NCBI GenBank assembly: GCA_022844225.1
Contig: JALHMC010000015.1
Span: 11,297-75,296 of the forward strand
Direction of reading: 5' to 3'
DNA length: 64,000 nt
From: Hyphomicrobiaceae bacterium
Lineage (GTDB): Bacteria > Pseudomonadota > Alphaproteobacteria > Rhizobiales > Hyphomicrobiaceae
Position numbers and translations under genes: made by a program. The stretch's first letter is position 1. Each line of letters starts with the position of its first letter. The notes under the pieces were generated by a model, which was not told the DNA's origin, ran no database searches, and saw only the letters and a program-made list of their open reading frames with translations. Shown here one piece after another: positions 17,618 through 25,040 of this stretch.

Positions 17618-18029
17618 TGGACGGGTTCCTCGGGCTGAGGGCTTCGGCGATCTGTTGCACGAACATCTTCTGTGGATCGGGCAACTGTGGCGGTGTGGCA
17701 GACACCTGCTCGCCGAGTACACGCAGCAGGTCGCGCGCCTGGCGATAGGCGAACTGCACATCCGGCGGGAGATTGCTGTTCAGGGCATGGGCAACCTGAT
17801 TGACGTTATTGCCGATGCGGCGCAGCTCCTGCAACAGGGCCGGGTCCATCGGCTCTGGTCCGCGCGTGGCTTCGACCTTGCCATCGCAGACCAGCCGTTC
17901 ACAAAAACCGGATACGCTCAGACCGGCGCGGCGGGCATCGATGGTACAGCGCAAATGCTCATCGGGCGTGAGCCGTATCGTGACGGTCTTGCTGCGCGGA
18001 GCAGTCGCGTGTGTCCGATGCCTCGGCAT
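17532..18029 (-). CDS. mobC: MobC-family relaxosome accessory protein
   Basis: RHH-like N-terminus (KTVTIRLTPDEHLRCTIDARRAGLSVSGF) and the MobC motif LRRIGNNVNQVAHALN. It lies immediately upstream of the relaxase gene and overlaps it. Confidence 0.85.
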   Translation of the reverse strand: MPRHRTHATAPRSKTVTIRLTPDEHLRCTIDARRAGLSVSGFCERLVCDGKVEATRGPEPMDPALLQELRRIGNNVNQVAHALNSNLPPDVQFAYRQARDLLRVLGEQVSATPPQLPDPQKMFVQQIAEALSPRNPSNDPSPAQARHVFQRSVQVHPARRGQGHD

Positions 18030-18124
18030 CCTTCAGGCCTCATCAAGGTTGGGTTCGGGGCGCGGGAACCGCGCCCTGACCGGAGGGGTCCGGGGGAGTG
18101 GCGGAGCACTCTCCCCGGCGAGTG

Positions 18125-18172
18125 GGATTTGCAAACGATTGCCGCGTAAGCGATGCAAACGATTGCAAATCC
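18125..18172. promoter_or_regulatory. imperfect inverted repeat, oriT candidate
   Basis: ggatttgcaaacgattgc-N12-gcaaacgattgcaaatcc has outer 10-nt arms that are perfectly complementary. It also contains a direct repeat of gcaaacgattgc. It lies in the divergent region between mobC and the T4CP gene. Confidence 0.35.
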
Positions 18173-18597
18173 ACATCTCGCTACCCCACGCTTTAGGGTG
18201 CTGCGTATTCGCAAACGTTTCACCCGTGGTTTGTAATTTATTCCCAAGTTTTTCGTTTTAGCCATTTGTTTATTTTTCATACGATCATTGCGAAACATGG
18301 CAATACCCCGCAGGTCATAACGGCTCATGCCAAAACTTTTCCAATAACGACGATTATGATAATGCGCGCCTGCGTGCGTATGCGCGACGGCGCGAGCAGG
18401 TCTAAATCCAACGCCGACAACGCGGCGTAGCCTGGCGTCGGCAAGAATAATTTGAGCGAGACTTCGCGATACATCGCGTGGCGCTACTGCACATCGTTGA
18501 ACATGGCGAACGTTTACAGCCTGACTTGCGATTGATACTTTTATCGAATTGCCGGGCCGTGCTGCGTTCGCCCGTTTCATCTCAAGGAGACAAGCGA

Positions 18598-19971
18598 ATG
18601 CTCGACGGAGAGTTTCCGCCGCGCGGCTCCGGCGTTCCCGGCCGACTGGAATCCCCGCCCTCTGCTGTATGGGCTCATCCATGGACGCTCGGCGCGGGCT
18701 GGGATTGGAAGCCGGGCATGGTGCTGCTTGGATCGCATGAGAAGCGTATCATCGGGTTCGATGACGACCGGCACGTGGTGACCGTTGCGGGCAGCCGCGC
18801 TGGCAAGTCGTCGACCGTGCTGATCCCTAACCTGTTGCGCTATCCGGGCTCGATCGTCGTCCCCGATCCCAAAGGCGAGCTTGCGCTTGCGACAGCAGCG
18901 CAACGAGCCCGAATGGGCCAGCGGGTGATGATCCTCGACCCGTTCAATGTGACGGGGCTGCAAACGGCCTCGCACAATCCAATCGCGGAGCTCGGGCAGG
19001 GGCGGCCCGAGCATGTGGCAGCGGACGCAGCGCAGCTAGCGGACGCGCTCATCGTTTCGAATGCCAAGGACCCGCACTGGACGGACAGCGCCAAGAACCT
19101 GCTGCGGGGAATCGTCCTGCATCTGCTCTCGACGCAGGCGAACGTCACGTTGCGCGAGGTCCGGAGGTACCTCTGCGCAACGCCGCCGGAGCTCAGCGAA
19201 CTGTTTTCGGCAATGACAGAGTCCAATGCCTATGACGGCGTGGTGGCCAATATAGGCGCATCGCTGCTGGGCAAGCTCGAAGCGGGCGGGAGAGAATTGC
19301 AAAGCATTCTCTCGACCGCGCAGGAGCAGACGGCGCCGCTCGATGACATTGTCGGTATGACGGAGACGAGTGATTTCCGGCTGACTGATCTTCGGTCGGG
19401 CAAGCTCACTTTGTACCTGGTGCTGCCGGGTATGCGCATGGGGACGCATTACCGCTGGCTGAGGCTGGTGATCCAGCTGGCGTTGGCCGCGATGGAGCGC
19501 GCACCTGTGCCGCGCGGGCAGCTGCCGGTGTGGTTCGTACTCGAAGAGTTTCCGGCGCTCGGCCACATGCGATCGATCGAGACCGCCGCCGGCCTCATGG
19601 CCGGGTTTGGCGTCAAGCTGTGGAGTGTTCTTCAGGACCTCACACAGCTTCAGACGCACTACCCGAAATCCTGGGAAACGTTCATGGGTAACGCCGGGGT
19701 CGTGCAGGCCTTCGGCAACGCGGACATCACGACGACCGAGCATCTTTCGAAGATGCTTGGGTCGACGCAGGTGATGGAGCGACAGGACATCCGCGTGTCG
19801 GCAAGCGCGATGAGCCAGGGCGACAGTGGACGGCGTGAGCACGTCCGCAATGTCCGCCTGCTCGATGCCAACGAGATCACGCGACACTTCTCGCGCGAGT
19901 CAGGAAGACAGCTGATCCTCGTGCCGGGCCGTCCGCCGATCTATATGCAGCGCCTACAGATCCCGAACTGA
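18598..19971 (+). CDS. VirD4/TraG-like type IV coupling protein ATPase domain, no N-terminal TM segments
   Basis: Walker A is VVTVAGSRAGKSSTVLIPNLL and Walker B-like is VWFVLEEFPALG. AAGGAG SD lies before the ATG at 18598. The N-terminal 70 aa are hydrophilic. Confidence 0.85.
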   Translation: MLDGEFPPRGSGVPGRLESPPSAVWAHPWTLGAGWDWKPGMVLLGSHEKRIIGFDDDRHVVTVAGSRAGKSSTVLIPNLLRYPGSIVVPDPKGELALATAAQRARMGQRVMILDPFNVTGLQTASHNPIAELGQGRPEHVAADAAQLADALIVSNAKDPHWTDSAKNLLRGIVLHLLSTQANVTLREVRRYLCATPPELSELFSAMTESNAYDGVVANIGASLLGKLEAGGRELQSILSTAQEQTAPLDDIVGMTETSDFRLTDLRSGKLTLYLVLPGMRMGTHYRWLRLVIQLALAAMERAPVPRGQLPVWFVLEEFPALGHMRSIETAAGLMAGFGVKLWSVLQDLTQLQTHYPKSWETFMGNAGVVQAFGNADITTTEHLSKMLGSTQVMERQDIRVSASAMSQGDSGRREHVRNVRLLDANEITRHFSRESGRQLILVPGRPPIYMQRLQIPN

Positions 19972-19992
19972 CAAAGAAGGAGGATCAGAACG

Positions 19993-20598
19993 ATGTACCG
20001 ATTTTATACTGATGCGTTCGTGCTTGAGGATGATGAGTCGGTGCTGCACGCGGCGACGGTCCGGTGGTCGCAGGATCGCGCCGAAGACTCCCAGTTCCTG
20101 ATGCAGCTGCAGATGCTGATCGTAGGCAGCGTGTTCGCGATCATCTTCCTTCTGTCGTTCGAGCCGCGCGAAGCTGCGGTGATGATACAGGCTGCGATCG
20201 GCCTCGCAGCCCTGGAAGTTCTCATTCTGCTATTCGGTCACCGGCTTTGTACGGTGCACCGCAAGCTTACCTTCCATCGCGATGGCAGCGTCGTGATGCC
20301 AGGCGGTTGGTTCAATCGGGAAACAGTCGTGGGATACCATGACGCGGGTACCACGATCCAGGCGCAGCAAACGGAAGTCCTGAAACCGGAGCAGCATCGC
20401 CCGAAAAAGTTTGAAGTCTGGCTCTACTTCGCGGAAGGGCATTCATTTCCGATCGCCGAAGAACTTTCACAACAGCAGGCACACGAGGTGACCGTGCAGC
20501 TGACGCGCGCCCTTCAGTTGGTGAAATCCGCTATGGCCCGCTTGCCGCAGGATCGTATGGGCGACAAGCCCAACTGGGGCTACGCGACCGTCGAGTAG
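19993..20598 (+). CDS. hypothetical two-TM membrane protein
   Basis: GGAGGA SD; starts 22 nt after the T4CP gene ends. Hydrophobic helices are LIVGSVFAIIFLLSF and AAIGLAALEVLILLFG. Confidence 0.6.
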   Translation: MYRFYTDAFVLEDDESVLHAATVRWSQDRAEDSQFLMQLQMLIVGSVFAIIFLLSFEPREAAVMIQAAIGLAALEVLILLFGHRLCTVHRKLTFHRDGSVVMPGGWFNRETVVGYHDAGTTIQAQQTEVLKPEQHRPKKFEVWLYFAEGHSFPIAEELSQQQAHEVTVQLTRALQLVKSAMARLPQDRMGDKPNWGYATVE

Positions 20599-20600
20599 GA

Positions 20601-20655
20601 AGAACCGGCCTGCCGGCTACGGCGCCGTGTGATGGCGCGCCGGCAGGCCGGTTCT
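20601..20655. terminator. long GC-rich hairpin between convergent genes
   Basis: agaaccggcctgccgg ... ccggcaggccggttct forms a 16-nt perfect inverted repeat with a 23-nt loop. Confidence 0.5.
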
Positions 20656-20844
20656 CTATCCTACAACCTCCCCGCCAAACGTCTCGATGCAGCCATAGCG
20701 ATTGCGGAAGTCGAATAAGGCTTTCTCGGCGTCGTCTTCATAGAAGCCTCGGTTGAGGCTTTCGCGGTAGCGGATCGACGTTTCGAAGAGATCGATGACC
20801 TTCATTGCTTCGGTAAGTTTGGCTCGCAGTTCTCGGGACGTCAT
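20656..20844 (-). CDS. small hypothetical protein (paralog of 20841-21005)
   Basis: The C-terminal motif FDFRNRYGCIETFGGEVVG resembles FFRNRNGCIETGSWEVAS of the upstream gene. The start overlaps that gene's stop (ATGA). Confidence 0.5.
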   Translation of the reverse strand: MTSRELRAKLTEAMKVIDLFETSIRYRESLNRGFYEDDAEKALFDFRNRYGCIETFGGEVVG

Positions 20845-21005
20845 GACGCGACCTCCCAGCTTCCTGTTTCGATGCAGCCATTGCGGTTGCGGAAGAAGGT
20901 TTCCCCGTCGAGATCGTAAAGGTCATCGGCCCGGAAGATCTGGCGCTCGATGCGTGCCTCGTAATCGTCGTCGGCGGTGGCGCGGGAGGAAGGGGAGGGG
21001 GTCAT
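20841..21005 (-). CDS. small hypothetical protein (54 aa)
   Basis: Only the last 54 codons of the 259-aa ORF look coding. The ATG overlaps the stop of 21002-21226 (ATGA). Confidence 0.5.
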   Translation of the reverse strand: MTPSPSSRATADDDYEARIERQIFRADDLYDLDGETFFRNRNGCIETGSWEVAS

Positions 21006-21226
21006 TGCTGACCCCCAGTGCCGGTGACTTCGGCGTCCTTCTCGGTGTTGAGGCGGATGGCGACGCGGCCCTGACCTGCGGGATAGGCATCGAACACGAG
21101 GCTGAAGCCCTGCTTGTCCTTGTGCTGCCAGGCGGCGCCGATCTTGGTCCAGTACTCTTTTTCGTCGTCGCCCTGGATGACATAGATGCTGTGGGTCGGA
21201 CGCTTGGTCGGTGGGTTGTCGGTCAT
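21002..21226 (-). CDS. small conserved hypothetical protein (paralog of 26871-27137)
   Basis: PTHSIYVIQGDDEKEYWTKIGAAWQHKDKQGFSLVFDAYPAGQGRVAIRL aligns with PSHIAYTTRQSGEKTFWNACGAAWAHKDGKGFRIKLDAVPVNGVIELR. Confidence 0.6.
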   Translation of the reverse strand: MTDNPPTKRPTHSIYVIQGDDEKEYWTKIGAAWQHKDKQGFSLVFDAYPAGQGRVAIRLNTEKDAEVTGTGGQQ

Positions 21227-21316
21227 GATGTACTCCGTTCTTGGTTTCGAGGCGCGGGCACAACGCCCGTCCTGATGGGACCGAACAAACCGCGTCCGCG
21301 GAGCGGGTCAGACGGG

Positions 21317-21374
21317 CAACACGGGAGCGCCCGGGTCTCCCCCGGGGCGCGAATGGAGCGGGCAGCCCGTTGAC
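21317..21374 (-). promoter_or_regulatory. conserved 58-nt leader/promoter motif, copy A
   Basis: Plus strand: caacacgggag-[gcgcccggg tctcc cccggggcgc hairpin]-cgaatggagcgggcag-N4-ttgac. It lies 90 nt upstream of the ATG at 21226. Flanks are identical in copy B (51478-51535). Confidence 0.5.
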
Positions 21375-21754
21375 CCATAGCGACCGGATGCGGTTAGGCC
21401 CCATCCTTGAAGGACGGGCGGAGCACCGCGCCGGGATCAATCGCGAAGAACGGTTTTCATGAGTGCGGCAAAGACCGAATGTTCTGCGCTGACGGCGCGC
21501 CATCGACTGCGAAGTCACACTGTGCTGGACCGAGGAGACACGCGGCGCAGGGGCAACATGCGCCTTCGAAAGTGGAGCCGGATTCCTCAAGGATTTGGAG
21601 CGCCGGTTTCCGCCGAACAATCGGAACGCCAGTAAATTCGGGCTGGTTCAGCATGGCGAATTTGTGATCCGGCCTTCCGACCGCGACGTCATTGCTTTTC
21701 GACTGCGCTGCGCACGATTAGCTTCCGCACGATGCATGCAGCGGAGAAACGCGG

Positions 21755-22486
21755 ATGTCATCTCAACTCTCACGACGACATTTTATCGGCAGCGGTATCG
21801 GTCTTGCGGGAATGTCGCTGACGCTCGATCCGAGAATCACCTGGCTGCGCCCGGCCACTGCAGGAACAGACGCCAGTTCATTCGTGGCTAACCACATGGC
21901 GCGGCTCGAAAGGTTTCATGCGCGCTTCCTGGAAGCCGATAATGCCGACCTCGCCAGCATCGAGCAGTTCCAGGATTGGCAGAGGCAATACGATAGGCTT
22001 GTCGGCGCAGCCGACACCGTTCGTAAAGCAATAACAGACGACACCCCGGACCGCGACGCGCTCGTCCAGAAGGCGAGGACGTATGTCGAGCCTTCCTGTG
22101 GGCGAGCGATCCTGTACTGGCGGCCGATAGAGGACATGAGCCAACCGTTCGAAGGTCGCATTTACACATTCTTCGCGGCGCGAACGGACTGGATTTGCAG
22201 TATCGCGCAACGCGCTTGCGACCCCGACATCGATTTGCGGGTCTCTGCCGTGGTTGACGCAAGCAGTGCCGTGCGCAGCGCCATGCCGGCGACGCGCGGC
22301 GACCGCTCCGCCATGCGGCGCGTGATCGAAGCGTTTCGCAACGACGACATGGTCGACGTTTCCATTGTTCGTGGCTCGCTTGAGGAACACCAGGTTCGCA
22401 GCTTCCGCGACTGGGCGCGCCCGTGCGGAAGCTTCAACTGCAAACACTGCGAGGCCTGGCTTAATAATGTGGAGGACTTGACATGA
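21755..22486 (+). CDS. hypothetical protein with twin-arginine signal-like N-terminus
   Basis: MSSQLSRRHFIGSGIGLAGMSLTL. First gene of a five-gene overlapping operon. Confidence 0.6.
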   Translation: MSSQLSRRHFIGSGIGLAGMSLTLDPRITWLRPATAGTDASSFVANHMARLERFHARFLEADNADLASIEQFQDWQRQYDRLVGAADTVRKAITDDTPDRDALVQKARTYVEPSCGRAILYWRPIEDMSQPFEGRIYTFFAARTDWICSIAQRACDPDIDLRVSAVVDASSAVRSAMPATRGDRSAMRRVIEAFRNDDMVDVSIVRGSLEEHQVRSFRDWARPCGSFNCKHCEAWLNNVEDLT

Positions 22487-22986
22487 CAGCATCGAGCGTA
22501 ACCGGCCATAGCGGCGTCCCAACGATCAGTCGCAGGCAACTCTTCAAGGGCAGCACCGCCTCGGTGGTCGCGTGCACCGCCGCGACAGCGGTTTCGCTCA
22601 GGTTTGCGGCAGCACCGGCAGCGGCGCAGCCTTTGCCGCTGTCCTACAAAGGCATGTTCAACGACATCATCGATGTCTGCGCGCGGTACCATTGGACGAC
22701 GCGTGCCGCAGTCCTTTCGGAAAGCCGTGAGCGTCACGTCGTAAAGGCGCGACAGGCCGCCATGTATATTTCCCGGCGACTGACGCGTCGATCCCTTCCG
22801 GAAATCGGCCGACGCATGGGCGACCGCCTTCACACGAAGGTTCTGTATAGCGACAGCAAGATAACGGCGCTGGTCGAGCGCGATCCCATCACGCGGCAAT
22901 CGATGGAACGGCTGACAGATGCCTGCCTTGCCATCGCGCGGTGGCGGATTGCAGAGGGCGCTGAGACCGGGGAATACGTGGGATGA
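22483..22986 (+). CDS. twin-arginine signal-like N-terminus fused to a DnaA domain IV (Bac_DnaA_C)-like HTH
   Basis: N-terminus SRRQLFKGSTASVVACTAATAVSLRFAAAPAAAQP. It is followed by VVKARQAAMYISRRLTRRSLPEIGRRMGDRLHTKVLYSDSKI, compared with the DnaA pattern RQIAMYL.RELT..SLP.IG..FG.RDHTTV. Confidence 0.7.
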   Translation: MTASSVTGHSGVPTISRRQLFKGSTASVVACTAATAVSLRFAAAPAAAQPLPLSYKGMFNDIIDVCARYHWTTRAAVLSESRERHVVKARQAAMYISRRLTRRSLPEIGRRMGDRLHTKVLYSDSKITALVERDPITRQSMERLTDACLAIARWRIAEGAETGEYVG

Positions 22987-23492
22987 TCACGCCCCTGACG
23001 CGTCGGGCCTTCGTTCAAACGGCGTCCTGCGGAGCAGGCGCCGTCATCGGCTGCTGCACTTTACGTTCATTGCCCGCGCCGGGCGAAGCCCGGTTCGTCG
23101 ATTTGGCAGACACATGGCGACAGACGACGCAGCGGTACTTGCACGTCGTGCGAAGCCGGGTAGGCGGGGCGGCCTTTCTGGCTGCACGCAACGCGGCGGC
23201 ACGCGCCTCGATACGGCTTCTCGATGCCGCGAGCGAACTGCCCCGCGACGTCCTCGTCAAATACTACGTGCTTTACGAAAGCATGCACTTCACGTCCTTC
23301 GATCTGGACTTTTCGGAATCGCGGTTCGATGCCTGGTGCAACGACGCGGCGCGCGAAGCGAAGGCATTCGGCCTGACCGTCTCGCCATTCTGGTGGACGA
23401 TGCGAAGCGATCCCAATCCTCGGATCAATGGCACGAAAGAGAAATCGACGACAGACTGGAACGAGGTGAGACCATGGCTGATCCGGCGCTAG
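22983..23492 (+). CDS. hypothetical protein with twin-arginine signal-like N-terminus
   Basis: MITPLTRRAFVQTASCGAGAVIGCCTL. ATGA overlap with the upstream gene. Confidence 0.6.
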   Translation: MITPLTRRAFVQTASCGAGAVIGCCTLRSLPAPGEARFVDLADTWRQTTQRYLHVVRSRVGGAAFLAARNAAARASIRLLDAASELPRDVLVKYYVLYESMHFTSFDLDFSESRFDAWCNDAAREAKAFGLTVSPFWWTMRSDPNPRINGTKEKSTTDWNEVRPWLIRR

Positions 23493-24289
23493 GCAACACC
23501 GTGCGGCCGGCGACGTCTCCGCCGTGGCTCCCGCGGAAGGCGTTGATGGAGGTTGCAAAGGGCAACCCCAAAGCCGCGGACGCGGCGCGGGCGCTGTCCA
23601 AAGCCGCGCGCAAGTTCGAGCGGCTCGATGGAGAATTCAGGATAGGAACTACCTATTCATGGACTGTCGCTTATGAGGAACTGCTCGATTTGGCGGAGCA
23701 TGTTCGATACCTGCTCAAGCGACCTAGGACTGGCTATGAACGCGACCTGCTCGCCTGGTCTAAGCAGGTCTCACCCTCGAAGGGCGAGATCGCGAGCAGG
23801 CCATGGGAGCCTATTGAAGGCCTGAGTCCTCACCTTGCGTGGCTGCAGGTTCTTTTCGAAGCTGCGCTGTTTCGCGCGGCGCGTGCATGGCTTCCTTTCT
23901 CATGGGTCACCTTCAACGGATACCAAAATCCATTGTGTGAGCATCAGAAGATATATCTCGCTCTCCACGACGCAGACTGGCGCCTGCAGCAACTCACCTA
24001 CCATATGATCTGGCGCGCGATACCCTGGAACGAGGCCGACAGGCTGCTGATCCGCCGCGCCCACCAGACGAGACGACTGGGAATCAAGGTCTTTCGCCTT
24101 AAGTATCGGCGCGCCGTTCGCAAATGGGAGCGCGCGCAAGGGCTTTACCTGCCGGAGCGGAGCATCCGGAAACCGGAACGACTGAGAATGATCTGGCTCA
24201 ACTACGACACCGGAAACCCGCTCATGAAATTCCCCATCTCCGAGAGATCGCTGAACAAGCTCGTCCTGAGGTATCTGCCCAATGACTGA
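23474..24289 (+). CDS. hypothetical Trp-rich protein (no signal-like N-terminus)
   Basis: The ATG at 23474 follows GAGGTGAG and overlaps the upstream gene by 19 nt. The upstream part of the 456-aa ORF is out-of-frame overlap with two other genes. Confidence 0.55.
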   Translation: MADPALGNTVRPATSPPWLPRKALMEVAKGNPKAADAARALSKAARKFERLDGEFRIGTTYSWTVAYEELLDLAEHVRYLLKRPRTGYERDLLAWSKQVSPSKGEIASRPWEPIEGLSPHLAWLQVLFEAALFRAARAWLPFSWVTFNGYQNPLCEHQKIYLALHDADWRLQQLTYHMIWRAIPWNEADRLLIRRAHQTRRLGIKVFRLKYRRAVRKWERAQGLYLPERSIRKPERLRMIWLNYDTGNPLMKFPISERSLNKLVLRYLPND

Positions 24290-25040
24290 GCTGACGCGCC
24301 GACAAATCGGGATAGGCGCACTATCGCTGCTGGCAGCGTCAGCCTTCCCGGCGACGTTTGCAAAGATCGTGGCATCGCTCGATGCGGGTGACCAGTTCGA
24401 ACGCCACCAGGGCGAATGGATACGAGAGATTGCGGAGCTCTACGCTGAATTTCGCCGCGTCGATCGCGATTTCTTCGTCGACCAGGATGCGCGAGACACG
24501 TTTCCGCTTGCGCACTATGAGCTGGCAAGCCAATCGCAGACCTTGCGGATCGACCCGCTTGGAGACCGGCACACGAAGTGGGCCATCCGCTCGTGGATTG
24601 ATACGCTCTATCCGAGTCCCGCAGTGCGCGCATTTCACGTACACCAACCGCTGCGTAACTTGAGCAAGGCATTCGCCGAACGACAAGCGGAGCTGGATGC
24701 TGTCACAGACGAGCTGGGCGAGGCCGAATATCTAGGCGCATTGTATTGGCACCGGACTTCCTGGGACTCGATTTCCAGCCAGGGCTACTGGACTTCGATC
24801 CAGACCAGGGTCGACAAACTTCTGCGCAGGCAGGACAGGGTGTCATCAACCTTCTCTTCGGGGCTGACCGTGGAAACCCACGACGACAAGACCGCGGCGT
24901 ACCGCGCATCAATGACATACCAGAGCCATTACTGGGAACGTAAGCTGAATGCGCGCCGGACCTGGCGGCTTCGGAATCATGCCGGAGCTCCATCCCACAT
25001 CCGGGCGGCGATTTCCCGCTCATCAGGGCCAACCGCCTGA
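24282..25040 (+). CDS. hypothetical protein with twin-arginine signal-like N-terminus
   Basis: MTELTRRQIGIGALSLLAASAFPATFA-K. Overlaps the upstream gene by 8 nt. Confidence 0.6.
   Translation: MTELTRRQIGIGALSLLAASAFPATFAKIVASLDAGDQFERHQGEWIREIAELYAEFRRVDRDFFVDQDARDTFPLAHYELASQSQTLRIDPLGDRHTKWAIRSWIDTLYPSPAVRAFHVHQPLRNLSKAFAERQAELDAVTDELGEAEYLGALYWHRTSWDSISSQGYWTSIQTRVDKLLRRQDRVSSTFSSGLTVETHDDKTAAYRASMTYQSHYWERKLNARRTWRLRNHAGAPSHIRAAISRSSGPTA

Noticed and set aside
16330-18149. Plus-strand ORFs (93-250 aa) across the relaxase/mobC region.
   Set aside because: They are antisense shadows of the relaxase and MobC genes.
18577-19887. Minus-strand ORFs of 145, 128 and 283 aa inside the T4CP gene.
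   Set aside because: They are antisense shadows of a gene with clear Walker motifs, and their composition is low-complexity and Arg-rich.
20841-21620. 259-aa ORF as a single gene.
   Set aside because: Most of it overlaps the well-formed 74-aa gene (21002-21226) and its leader in another frame, and is Arg/Pro/Ser-rich junk. Only the last 54 codons look coding: they have an ATGA-coupled start and a paralog downstream.
22919-24289. 456-aa ORF as a single gene.
   Set aside because: Its first ~185 codons overlap two better-supported genes (22483-22986 and 22983-23492) out of frame and are Arg-rich. A start with SD at 23474 gives a sensible 271-aa product.
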